In this document: one piece after another, positions 1 through 10,328 of the stretch
How positions within the stretch are numbered: the stretch's first letter is position 1
Layout of the letters: each line of letters begins with the position of its first letter
DNA from: Cirrosporium novae-zelandiae
Lineage: Eukaryota
Assembly: GCA_026023565.1 (NCBI GenBank)
Contig: JAPETS010000009.1
Coordinates: 186,001-250,000, forward strand
Length of the DNA stretch: 64,000 nucleotides
Direction: 5' to 3'
The notes under the pieces: generated by a model
What the model was told of the DNA's origin: nothing
Database searches by the model: none
Seen by the model: only the letters and a program-made list of their open reading frames with translations
Translations under genes and position numbers: made by a program

Positions 1-203
1 CGAACGTATGGAAAGTCATGGTTGAAGAAGGCCATACTCTTGAAGCCGATGAAACAGTGGTGATCCTAGAAGCTATGAAATTAGAGATTTCCGTTCGCGC
101 GGATGCGGGCCTCGCAGGTGCCAAGGTGGAGAAGCTCTTGGTCAGACCTAATGATGTAGTGAAGGGAGGAGGCTCGTTGTTACTTGTAAGGAAAAAAGGG
201 TAG
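1..203 (+). CDS. 3' end of a biotin-dependent carboxylase, most likely urea carboxylase / urea amidolyase (biotin carboxyl carrier domain); 5' truncated by the window
   Basis: The frame from nt 3 reads NVWKVMVEEGHTLEADETVVILEAMKLEISV. It has the biotinylation motif EAMKL and an NVWKV lead-in typical of the C-terminal domain of fungal urea carboxylases. Stop at 201-203. Confidence 0.7.
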   Translation, partial: NVWKVMVEEGHTLEADETVVILEAMKLEISVRADAGLAGAKVEKLLVRPNDVVKGGGSLLLVRKKG

Positions 204-632
204 ACTTTAGACGATGACGGTCTATTTTCTCTGTTGATGACCAAATCCTCTAGTTTCTAATATCCATCTCCGTTATGTAGCATCCCTTCTCATCCTCAGT
301 CCGTACTTGTGAACGTATACCAATGTTATAATTACTTCCTCATTAATATATTTTCAAACCCATTCCTAGTATAATAGGGAAATGATTCTCATTTTCTTTT
401 GGTTGAGACTGGAGAGCTGTCAATGTCTACATTTTGCTCTGGTGGTTGGCGTGTTCGGCGCTTGGCTCATTTCGGTCCGACGACCTCTGATATCCCGATT
501 GAAGCTTCTTAGCACATACAAGATACAAGCCCACAACATCTATGGGGCCTTCTGATATTTTGCTACTATAAATATTTATTCAAAGCTATCAGAATCAGAG
601 TGTGTTCTCGCTTTATCGCTACTGGTTCTAGG

Positions 633-1916
633 CTAATCCTCATCCCTTTCGACCTTTGCTGGAATGGGTTTATTTGCCAAAGGAGTCAAGCGGAAACCAT
701 GTCTCCTATCGCCAACAGGATAATCAAGTGTTTGTGAATGGTGCACAATTCTTTGATCCCAGACTAGGACAGTACCAGCCTCGTACCTGACTCGACAAGA
801 GAAGTCCTGGCCTCGCGCAATATGATCAAACAGGAATTTCAGAAGATAGTCTGACTCCTCTTGGTCGAAGCCGACTATCCTTTTGGTGTATACCGGATTG
901 ACATCTATATTTTAATGAGCAATATTGACAAGATATTGAACAAAGAGACTTACAAAGTGCCTTTTCGCGAGTGACTGGATGGACAATCACGACAGGATGT
1001 TCTGCTTTACAAATTCCACGTCGCATAACAGCCTTCTCGCCATGTTTCAACTCCGTGCGCACGCCATCATCGTTATTGTGAATAGCAGTTAAACCCTCCA
1101 GCCGCTTCCGAAACCTAGGTGAGAGACGACTGAATGCTCGGACGCTTGAACTGACCAGAGTATCCCCACCAGCAGATGAAGGTGACTCGAGCATGCAGAT
1201 GAATGTTGTCCCTGGAGGCTGCTGCTCGGCGCTTTGATCAGAATGCCATTGAACGGGGCTTCTGCCCGCCCATTGCTTACGTACACGGAGATCACTAGCG
1301 ATGAACATTTAGCAAAGCGGACAATCCGTATTATCGAGGGACTCATACTCCTTGTGGTCATATATAATCATGTGTTCCTCTGATCCAGCCACTGGGTGAG
1401 GAGCCCAGCTTCATGTTGTCAGCTTGAGTCTTCTAACACTCTAAAGATTCTACCCACCCATGTATGTGCAATGGACCGAAATGTCTGACAATGTTTTTCT
1501 GCGCTTCCATTCCAATGTTTGCGAAATCTTGATCACGGAAAACTAGCGCTCCCCGTTTAGCAGTTAGCAAAGCGAGCTCGTCCAATCCAGCACTGTCAAG
1601 CTGGGATAGTTGTACACCATGGATCTCTGTCCCAACATGGGGCGATAGATCCCACATCTTGGTCATGGTCTTTAACAAGGTCGGCAGTTTTGGATCAGCT
1701 CGATGTCCTGGATCATGGTGCTCAAAGGGGCCGATATCCTCTACTTTCTCAAGAGGGTCGTAAAACGCTATCCAGGAGCTTAGCAAACTTGTTCCGAATC
1801 ATGGAATCACACCTACGCATGTAGTCTGGGTATAGAGGAGACCCATCGTCATTTTTTGGGCGGACAACTTTTACGTGCTGAGGCACATTGGCCGTGGTAG
1901 TCGTAGCGATCGGCAT
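633..1916 (-). CDS. TauD/TfdA-family alpha-ketoglutarate-dependent dioxygenase (sulfonate/taurine dioxygenase-like), multi-exon
   Basis: ATG at 1916 (MPIATTTT...PLYPDYM); first intron 1816-1768. Motifs LSPHVGTEIHGVQL, RGALVFRDQ, WHSDQ (HxD), GGDTL, HPVVIVHPVTREKAL, WDQRIVHH, RHGFRLTP. TAG at 633-635. Confidence 0.9.
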
Positions 1917-2016
1917 TGGAAATATCAGATATGAAGGAACTCAATAATTTCTAAGAGATGCAATAATCCTAATACTTTTCTATAAAAATTACATTGACGC
2001 GCGCGGTGCTCGCGGA

Positions 2017-2358
2017 TTTATCTCTACGTCAGCTCTGGCTCCTACTCGGTGATGCGCGAACATGCCCATACCAGGTCGAGTGGAGAAAGGCGCTGATAAA
2101 GCTCCCCCAACTTTGTGTTCTCCACCTCTTAGCACAATGCCGATAATCTCACAAACACTCTGAACTATATTCACCTATTGCATAAGCTTATCGGTAATAT
2201 GTCAATATATCACTGCCCTAAGATATCCTATTACTATTGGAAATGCCTTCCATGTACCCGACAAAATAATTCAAGCTTCAATAGTCTGAGTATACCTGGA
2301 AACTTGTCTGGATAGGGAATATGGAAATAGGCGATCATGTCTTCAAGATTTCTTTATC
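2017..2358. promoter_or_regulatory. Cluster of GATA (HGATAR) sites in the divergent TauD/MFS promoter
   Basis: TTTATC 2017, GATAAA 2095, GATAAT 2142, CTTATC 2187, TTTATC 2353, all within the ~550 bp intergenic region. Confidence 0.4.
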
Positions 2359-2468
2359 AGCTCTTCTCGACAATGATCCTGTCTGCTCTACGAATTTATA
2401 AACATAGCTTTCTCATTGTCTGACCATGGCATATGGGATTTGTCTTCGCCAGCAGCAAAGCCGTCACC

Positions 2469-4380
2469 ATGTCTACTTCGTCTCAGTCCATTGATGTGGA
2501 AAACAAGGCATCAGAGCTTATCCGTGTCCAGGAACCGTCACATAGTGCCGAGTATGAACGGTACCTCGTCCTTCATGGTTCCTTTGAGGGAGCAGGACAC
2601 AAGAAACTCGTCCGCAAGAGTGAGCCCCCTACCCAATTAATAGCTGCGAGGTTTCTCGAACTAACACTCTATCTCTATAGTCGACCTTCGATTACTACCA
2701 ACATTGTCATTCCTATATTTAATGTGTTCTCTCGACAAGAGCAATGCCGGGAATGCAAAGGTATATAATTACTCTTTCCATCAATTAAAAGAAACCCGAA
2801 TAACAAATACAAACTAGCTCTTTGGCTTCCTCGAAGATGTTGGCATGTCAAGCACCCAATTCAACCTTGCCCTCATGTACTTCTTCTTCACATACGGTCT
2901 CTGCGAGCCCATCTCTAATATCATGTTGCGCCGCCTCGGTCCCAAGATTTGGTTCCCGTGTATTGTCACCGCCTGGGGTCTCGTAACCACATGCACTTGT
3001 CTCGTCAACAACTACGGGTCGTACATTGTAATTCGCCTTGCTCTAGGTATCACCGAAGCGGGATTGTACCCTGGCTCGTACTTTATCCTTTCCATGTGGT
3101 ATACCCCGACAGAGTTGGCCACAAGAATGGCAATCTTTTACGGGGCGAATACGGCCGCGGGAGCATTTGGTGGAGTTATTGCGTATGGGGTACGAAGCAG
3201 AAAACCCTATTAACCAATTGACCATCAACTAACATATTCCCTTAGGTCGGAAATCTAGATTACGAGCACGGATGGAGGGCTTGGAAGTGGCTATTCCTGA
3301 TCGAAGGCACCATCACCATCTTCGCCGGACTCTGCACCTTTTTCTTTCTCCCGTGAGTTTCTCCTTTCCCTCCACCAACACCAACCCCGACAACCAGCTT
3401 CAAACAGAACCCCTACTAATCCCGCCCTCGTCTTCAGCCCATTCCCCCACCAATACACCGGAAGCAAGAAACACTGGCTCGACAGCTCCGAAGCCGAATA
3501 CGCCCACCTCCGCGTCAAGTACATCAACGGCCCCAACCCACCAACCTACAAATTCCAATGGAGCGACGTTATCGCTGCCGCAAAAGACAGAAAAACATAC
3601 TTCATGTACTTCTCCTCCCCCCCCTCTAACAATCCTTCTCCCAGCTCACACCCCATAACACCCCACTAACCCCCTCTTTCTCCACAGGATGCTCCTATTC
3701 TGGTGGGGCGGTTCCGTACCCACCTACTCCCTCTCCTACACGCTCCCAACCATGGTAAAAAACCTAGGCTACACATCCATAAAAGCGCAAGCCCTCACAA
3801 CGCCCCCCTATATATTCGCAACAATCGTTTGCATCACCGTGGGGTGGCTCAGCGACCGCTACCAGAAACGCTACCTCACCCTCATGGGATCCTACACGCT
3901 CGGATTAACCGGAATCATTATCCTCTGGATCACAGTGCACTATCCGAACCTGGCAGGCGTGAGCTATTTTGCGATTTTTCTTGCTGCGGCGGGATATGCA
4001 GCCCAAGCTCCTATCGTAAGTTTCCCTCTTTCCCCCTTTCCCCTCTAACCCCCACTAACACCCCAACCCCAAACCCACAGATCGGCGCCTGGACAAGCAT
4101 AAACATCCCCAACCCCTCTAAACGCGCCGCCTCCATCGGCCTCCTCATGCTCTTCGGAAGCGTCGGCGGCGGCAGCATCGGCTCCAACATCTATCTCTCC
4201 AGCGAATCGCCCACCTACACCCTAGGGTTTGCATTTTCGGTTGCTTGTACGGTTTTGGGGGCGATGATTCCGGCGACTGTGCATTGGTGGTTGTTGAGGA
4301 AGGAGAATCGGAGGAGGGATAGGGTAGGAGAAAGGCAGGGGGAGGGAGAGGAGGCAAGGGGGTTTAGGTTTGGGTTGTAA
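2469..4380 (+). CDS. MFS transporter, anion:cation symporter (allantoate/nicotinate permease, DAL5/TNA1-like) family, multi-exon
   Basis: Spliced reading KKLVRK|LDLRLLPTLSFLYLMCSLDKSNAGNAK, then RLALGITEAGLYPG, WYTPTELATRMAIFY, WRAWKWLFLIEGTITI, GWLSDRYQKR, LLRKENRRRD. Confidence 0.9.
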
Positions 4381-4527
4381 GCGTGGAAGTGTGAGTGTGG
4401 GCGGATGAATGGGTGGATAGGTTGGGATTAAAGATTGAGGATTATATAGAAGGGCCTTCTTTATCTTTATAGACAGATCGATGGATGTCCGCCATAGCTT
4501 ATAAGTGACATGTGGACAATGAAATGA

Positions 4528-4553
4528 ATCATCATCATCATCATCATCATCAT
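4528..4553. repeat. (ATC)n microsatellite
   Basis: About 8 ATC units between the convergent MFS and SerRS genes. Confidence 0.9.
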
Positions 4554-4750
4554 ATAGACGGATAGATAAAATCCTACAGCGCACAGCATATAGAACAGCA
4601 TAGTGGTTTTAATTGACTTGATTGGTTGATAGATTGGGTATTCCGATCTGATTGAGGGTATCCACTCTATTCCACTCTACTCTATTCTACCCGTACTGTA
4701 CATACATATTCCCCCCCTCCCCCCCAATCTACCCCCATCCCTCTACACCC

Positions 4751-6337
4751 CTACTCCCCCCTCCCAATAACCTCCCTCCCCCCCATCCACTTCCTCAACA
4801 CCTCCGGAACCCTCACAACCCCCTCCTCCTCCACCCATCCATATTCCAACACCGCCGCCAGCACCCTCGGAACCGCAACCGCCGTCCCATTAATAGTATG
4901 GACGAAACTCCCCCCCGTCCCCTTCCCACCCATACCCCGAACCCTCGTCCCCAACCTCCTTGTCTGATAATCCGTACACATACTGGCACTAGAAACCTCA
5001 CCCCAGGCGCCTCCATCCTTTTTGTTTTGACGATCACGACGGGAGGGGAAGTAGACTTCCATGTCGATTTTTCGGTAGGCGCTTGCGCCAAGGTCGGAGG
5101 TTGGCATTTCTAGAACTCGGGCGTGGAGGCCGAGGGTGCGGAGGAGGGTTTTTTGGAGGGTTAGGAGCGATGTGAAGGTTGGGTTGTCTGAGGAGAAGGG
5201 GGTTGGGGAAGTGGGGTCAGAAGAGGGAGGAGTGGGAGTGGGAGTGGGATCTTGGGATTCGGGTTGGGAGTAGGGATTGGTCCAGGCGAACATTTCTACT
5301 TTTGTAAACTCATGGACGCGGTATAACCCCTTTGTATCCACGCCTCTCGCCCCCGCTTCAGCCCTATAGCAGCGACTACTCCCAATAACCTTCAACGGCA
5401 ATTCATCAGCCTCAAAAGTTTTCTGAGCCTTCATAGCCGCCAACGGGATCTCCGCCGTCCCCGCCAAACTGCGTCCCGGTTTCTTTTCACCTTTTTGCGC
5501 GAGCTTGTAGATCTGCTGTTCGCCGTGGTGGTCGCGCGGGTTGAAGCCGCAGGCGTCGGCCATGTGGGTGTAGACGATGGAGGGCGGGGATACGGGTTTC
5601 CAGCCTTGTTTCGTTGCTAGTTCGAGCGCGTACTGGATGAGGGCTTGTTCGAGGAGGGCGGCGTCGTTGAGGAGGTAGTACCAGCCCCATCCTGTGGTGT
5701 TGGCTGAGGAGGAAAAGTCGAGGAGGTTTAGTTTTGTGCCGATTTCAACGTGCGAGCGGAATTTGCGGTTTGGGTCAATTGAATCGGGATGGGGGTTGAT
5801 GTAGCCTAGAACCTTGGGCTCGTCTCCCACGGGCGTTTCGGGCGACGTGAGGTTTGGAAGCTGGAGGGCAAGGTCCAGTATTTCGTCAGAGATTTTTGTG
5901 GTCCGCTTTACCACTTTTGAGAGGTTCTGCTTGATGGCTTGTGCCTCTCCCCGCAGAGCAGCAAGCTCTTTCACCTCCTCCTCATTCACCAGGTTCTCTT
6001 TTTTCGATAGTTTGGCCAGCTGCGCTTCCAAGGGCTTTATTTTTTCCCATGACGGCCGGTTCTCCTGATGTAACTTCAGCGCCTTATTGTGCAATGCCAG
6101 TATTCGAGCCGGATGGTCTTTCAGTTCACTGTATCTGCGATCGACGCAATTCTTCGAGTAGAGTTCAACATTTTGGCGCATGTGTTTTAAGGGAGGAACT
6201 GGATCGGGAGCGATGGAAGGTCGTGCTTCATTTTTCAGGCGATTGCTTTGGGAAAATGCTCGTCGGCTCTGAGAAAATATCGATTGCCGAAGACGACAGG
6301 AAAGACATGCATATGAGGATTGAGATATCGAGGTCAT
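4751..6337 (-). CDS. DIA4: Seryl-tRNA synthetase, mitochondrial
   Basis: 528 aa intronless ORF. Arg/Ser-rich presequence-like N-terminus, LAGTAEIPLA, CYRAEAGARG...GLYRVHEFTKVEMF, GEVSSASMCTDYQTRRL, HTINGTAVAVPR. Confidence 0.93.
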   Translation of the reverse strand: MTSISQSSYACLSCRLRQSIFSQSRRAFSQSNRLKNEARPSIAPDPVPPLKHMRQNVELYSKNCVDRRYSELKDHPARILALHNKALKLHQENRPSWEKIKPLEAQLAKLSKKENLVNEEEVKELAALRGEAQAIKQNLSKVVKRTTKISDEILDLALQLPNLTSPETPVGDEPKVLGYINPHPDSIDPNRKFRSHVEIGTKLNLLDFSSSANTTGWGWYYLLNDAALLEQALIQYALELATKQGWKPVSPPSIVYTHMADACGFNPRDHHGEQQIYKLAQKGEKKPGRSLAGTAEIPLAAMKAQKTFEADELPLKVIGSSRCYRAEAGARGVDTKGLYRVHEFTKVEMFAWTNPYSQPESQDPTPTPTPPSSDPTSPTPFSSDNPTFTSLLTLQKTLLRTLGLHARVLEMPTSDLGASAYRKIDMEVYFPSRRDRQNKKDGGAWGEVSSASMCTDYQTRRLGTRVRGMGGKGTGGSFVHTINGTAVAVPRVLAAVLEYGWVEEEGVVRVPEVLRKWMGGREVIGRGE

Positions 6338-7119
6338 TGGAGGGGAGAGGGTGCAATGGTTCCTAGTTGGGGCTCAGTATTAATTTGTATAGATTGTGGG
6401 GGGAGCTTCTCTCTTGGTTGGTTATCGGAAACAGCTCTCTTCCGGATTCCGATGGGGTAACTGTATCCTGACTAGATGATCTGAAAATATATTCATTAGA
6501 CCAACTATGACTTTTATAAATACTGGAGCATCAGCCTTGGATAGTAGTAATTGATGAATTTCTATATTCTACAATGAAATAAGTTGAGTGACAACTTGAA
6601 CAATGGCGTGCAGCGATTTTGTTTCGATCCTATTCTGCCCTTTGATACTCAAATGGCCTATGATATTCTCTGGTAGCAACTCAACGCCACTCCTGCTTGC
6701 CCATTCATCTAGTACCATCACTCTAGATGCAACCAAAAAAACACAAACAAAAGAAATCCCGTGCTATGCCGAGTCGGAGATGATCACCCCATGCAAATAG
6801 TGCCCCAATCCATAAAAAGCGTCTCGAATGTACAGATGATTAGGTGCATGAACGGATGTCTAATGACAAGGGAAGAAGAGTAAAGGACCACAACAAATGA
6901 ACTCGCTGCGTTAAGGGGTCGTCAAATGCTACATATTCCCACCACCAAGAACCCGGCCGTCGAGGAAATGAAAACGGGTACGAGTATTAAATTCAGACAG
7001 ACCGGCGCCAGAAAGAATATTCCTCACACTCCCACCAAAAAAAGAGATAGGAAATATTTTAGCCATGACAATTTTGGAAGAGACATAAAATAAAATGTTG
7101 ACTTTCGATAAATAGTCCA

Positions 7120-9713
7120 CTAGAATACGGCAGCCAAACCGCTCTTCGACTGCCTTTTACTAAACCTTTTTCGGCCTTTTATAGATTCGGAATCTGCTCC
7201 CGAATGATTCTTCTGGTGAGCACCACGACCATCTTGGTTGTCGAGATCCTGGTTTAGTGTGTTGGCATGACTTGAAGGAGTCGAAGACAAGTTACTAAAA
7301 TCATCATTGGAATATGAACGATTGTTCTGTAACGCCACTTCTTTCGCTCGATCCAAGGCTTCCATCCATTCCTGAACGCCAACAGCATTGCCCTCGGGAT
7401 TAGCTGACGATTTGGAGTCCTCAAAAACAAAGTGTTTTTCCCGCTAATATCCATGTTAGTATATTTTGGTAAAGGTGTTGGGAAACTTACCGTATCAACA
7501 CACCAGTTTGTTCCTCCTTTGGCATCGAGCGTTGAGCGCCAGGAACAGTCTGAGGTAAGAAGAGATATTTCCGTCTTCGACTTTTTCTCATTACCACCGG
7601 CAGCTGCGAGAATTATCCTTCCACCAGAAGTCACTATGACCAACCGCTGCCTCTTCTTGGTAGCATTTCCTCCAAAAAATCTTGAAAACTTCTTCGGAGC
7701 ATCGTGTCCATCTCCGTTCTTGGAGTCGGGACTATGCGGAGCTGGTGCAGCTATTACTGTCAGATCTCCGAGCCTTAGTATGCGTTCATTATTGCGCGTT
7801 AAAACAGGACTCCATTCAATATCCAACTGACTTGGTGGAGGAAGCTCCGTAATAACTCTAGGCGCTGACCTAGGTATGCCATTGGGTGAAGGACCAGGTG
7901 GGGGTATTTGGGCAGCGTGGGTGCTGTGAGCTGGTGCGATATTCGGTGGATAGCTATCTCCATTCCTATCGTGTACTTGAGTCCCTTCGGCCGTCGCAGG
8001 ATTGTAGCTCTTTAACCTTGGTGCCTTCTGGATCCAGAGCTGCCGTCCCCAAGACGTGCATGGTTCAAAGAAGGGATGGTTTTTGATATGTTCAATGGTA
8101 AGGCGTTTCGCTGGGTCGAGAACCAACAGTCTCTCCACAAGGTCACGAGCTATTTCCGGAAAGCCCCTTGGAAATTGATAGTCCAAAGAGATAATCTTCT
8201 GAAAAGTTTGATATTCGTTGCCTGCCTTAAACGGCGGCCTTCCCGCAAGAAGCTGATAGATGATACACCCAAAGGCCCATAAATCGCTTGGTTTCCCGGC
8301 ATTCTTATCTGCCAGCAGTTCGGGACTGACGTATTCTGCTGTCCCGACAAAAGAGTTGCTTCGTTCTTGGTCCTCTGTACCCAGCATTCCACCATCGCCG
8401 AGTTGTTTGGGAGGATCTAGAAGCTTAGCGGTTCCAAAATCGGTAATTTTGACGTGCATTTGACTATCCAATAGGACATTTTCTGGTTTTAAATCTCGAT
8501 GGATAACGCCTTGTTTGTGCATATATTCTATTGTGTCGAGCATCTGAGCACCGTAGAACCGAGTACATTCTTCATCAAAAGTGCCCATTCGTTTCAATAC
8601 CCCGAGAAGCTCCCCACCAGTCGCTAGATCCAGCACAAAGTACAATGACCGTTCATCCTGAAAAGTGTAGTAGAGTCTAACAACACCAGGATGATCTGTC
8701 AAGCGGTTCAGCGCATCTTTCTCGAGGTTAACATATTTAACCTTTCGTTCTTTGATTATATGTCTTTTATCGAGCACTTTAATAGCATACTCCTTTAGAG
8801 TTTGACGGTCCGTAGCTGCTAGGACAGTACTATACGATCCCTCTCCAAGAGTTCGGCCAAAATTAAAATCCTTGACTCCTTTTTTCTGAGATCGTATTAT
8901 TGGCTTGCCATCTGGGCCGATTTCATGTCGCACAGTTACCGCAGCCCCACGTTCCTTCCATTCTTCGCTGTGCGACTTCGGAACTTCAGCACCGTATGAA
9001 TTGCCAGCCATTGGTAACGGCGTTCCTACCATTCCCGACTGACTCGCTACCATGCGCGAGCTTTGTCTAGGTGGAGCTGGGCCATTGCCGAGAGGTATCT
9101 GACTATGCCGATATATACGATCACTATGGCTTCCATCTCTTGAAGGAACACCAGCTTGAAATGCTGTCTCGGCAGACCTTGAATTGCTCCGTCGAGGCAT
9201 GCTTGATACTGCTGCACGACCAGACTCGGTTCTTATGCGGTAAGAGCCACTTCGTGCAAGACTGCTATTCGACTTTGAGGTTGAAAGTGGCTGGGTATAC
9301 ATTACAGACGCGGGGCGCGTCGAGCTCCCGGGTGGACGTTGGTTTTGAGACATCATGGCAGGATAGTGAGGGAATTGTTGCTGTTGGTGGTCATGGTAGG
9401 TCAAAGGGGTTGATTGTCTATATTTGCTTTTCTGCGAGTGAGTAGGATGTAAGGAGGGGGACGGGTTCCGTGGCTCGATGGGGGCTCGTTCGTATTCTGG
9501 TAAGGGCTCCGGTATAAGAGTAGAAGGCTGAGGAGATACATTTGCAAAGGAGGGAGGATTGTCTAAAGTTAAAGGTGGTTGTTGAGTAATTGGTGGTATG
9601 GATTGAATGTGGTCTTCGACTTGCGAGTCTAGAGGAGACAGAGGAGAAGCATTATCCGGATTTGCGATTCGCAATCCACCGAGAGACTGGGACAGACTCA
9701 AGTCCCCATCCAT
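7120..9713 (-). CDS. PKH1: PDK1-family Ser/Thr protein kinase (Pkh1/Ksg1) with C-terminal PH-like region
   Basis: DFNFGRTLGEGSYSTV, HRDLKPEN, DFGTAK, SFVGTAEYVSPE. Intron 7490-7444 (GTAAG..TAG) joins WCVDT to REKHFVFED...WMEALDRAKE; ends GLAAVF*. Confidence 0.93.
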
Positions 9714-9995
9714 GGCTGGAGGGCCAAAAATTAATTACGTGCAAGCTGGATAACGCCAGTTTTGGCAGTAAAAGAAGATGCGGCGATTAACGAGGGTAAG
9801 GTATAGCGGGTGCTTCCTTGGAAGTTGGGCAACTTGGAGTTAAAGAGAGGTCCTGTCCTGTCCTGGGGGGGGGGGGGGGGTGGGTATGGTGGTGTTTGCT
9901 TTTTGGTCGCTTTGGAATTCCTTTGGGTGTAGGAGTTACTAAGGTAGTTATTGTGAATAGGACCAGAGTAGCCGCAGTAAGTAGCCGTAGTAGGC

Positions 9996-10036
9996 GTAGC
10001 GAAGGTAGCGAGGGTAGCGAGGGTAGCGAGGGTAGC
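9996..10036. repeat. 9-bp tandem repeat (GAGGGTAGC)
   Basis: About 4 imperfect copies upstream of PKH1. Confidence 0.75.
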
Positions 10037-10167
10037 CAAGGGTAAAACCAATACTGAATTAAGGATGATCGACGAGATGAGATGTACAATTGGGTCCAGG
10101 GGGTTGAAATAGATAATCGGAAAGGTGTCTTTTTTGTTTTGAAAATCGAAATATAATCTAATAACGA

Positions 10168-10279
10168 ATTGCAGTTGTAGTTGCAGTTGTAGTAGTAGTA
10201 GTAGTAGTAGTAGTTGTAGTTGTAGTTGCAATTTTTGTTGTTGCTAGTATTGTTCTAGGAGGGGGGAGGTTGAAGGTGA

Positions 10280-10325
<46 letters not shown>
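10168..10325. repeat. Microsatellites: (GTA)n/(GTTGYA)n at 10168-10230 and (TC)~21 at 10283-10325
   Basis: Directly visible in the sequence. Confidence 0.9.

Positions 10326-10328
<3 letters not shown>

Noticed and set aside
4652..5113. Pro/His-rich antisense ORFs over SerRS (and similarly 36831-37523 over the methyltransferase)
   Set aside because: Shadow ORFs produced by the strong C/G skew of the real gene on the opposite strand.
9731..10231. 166-aa ORF (MQLQLQLLLL..., LATLATLAT)
   Set aside because: Translation of microsatellites and a 9-bp repeat upstream of PKH1; no ATG start or protein-like composition.
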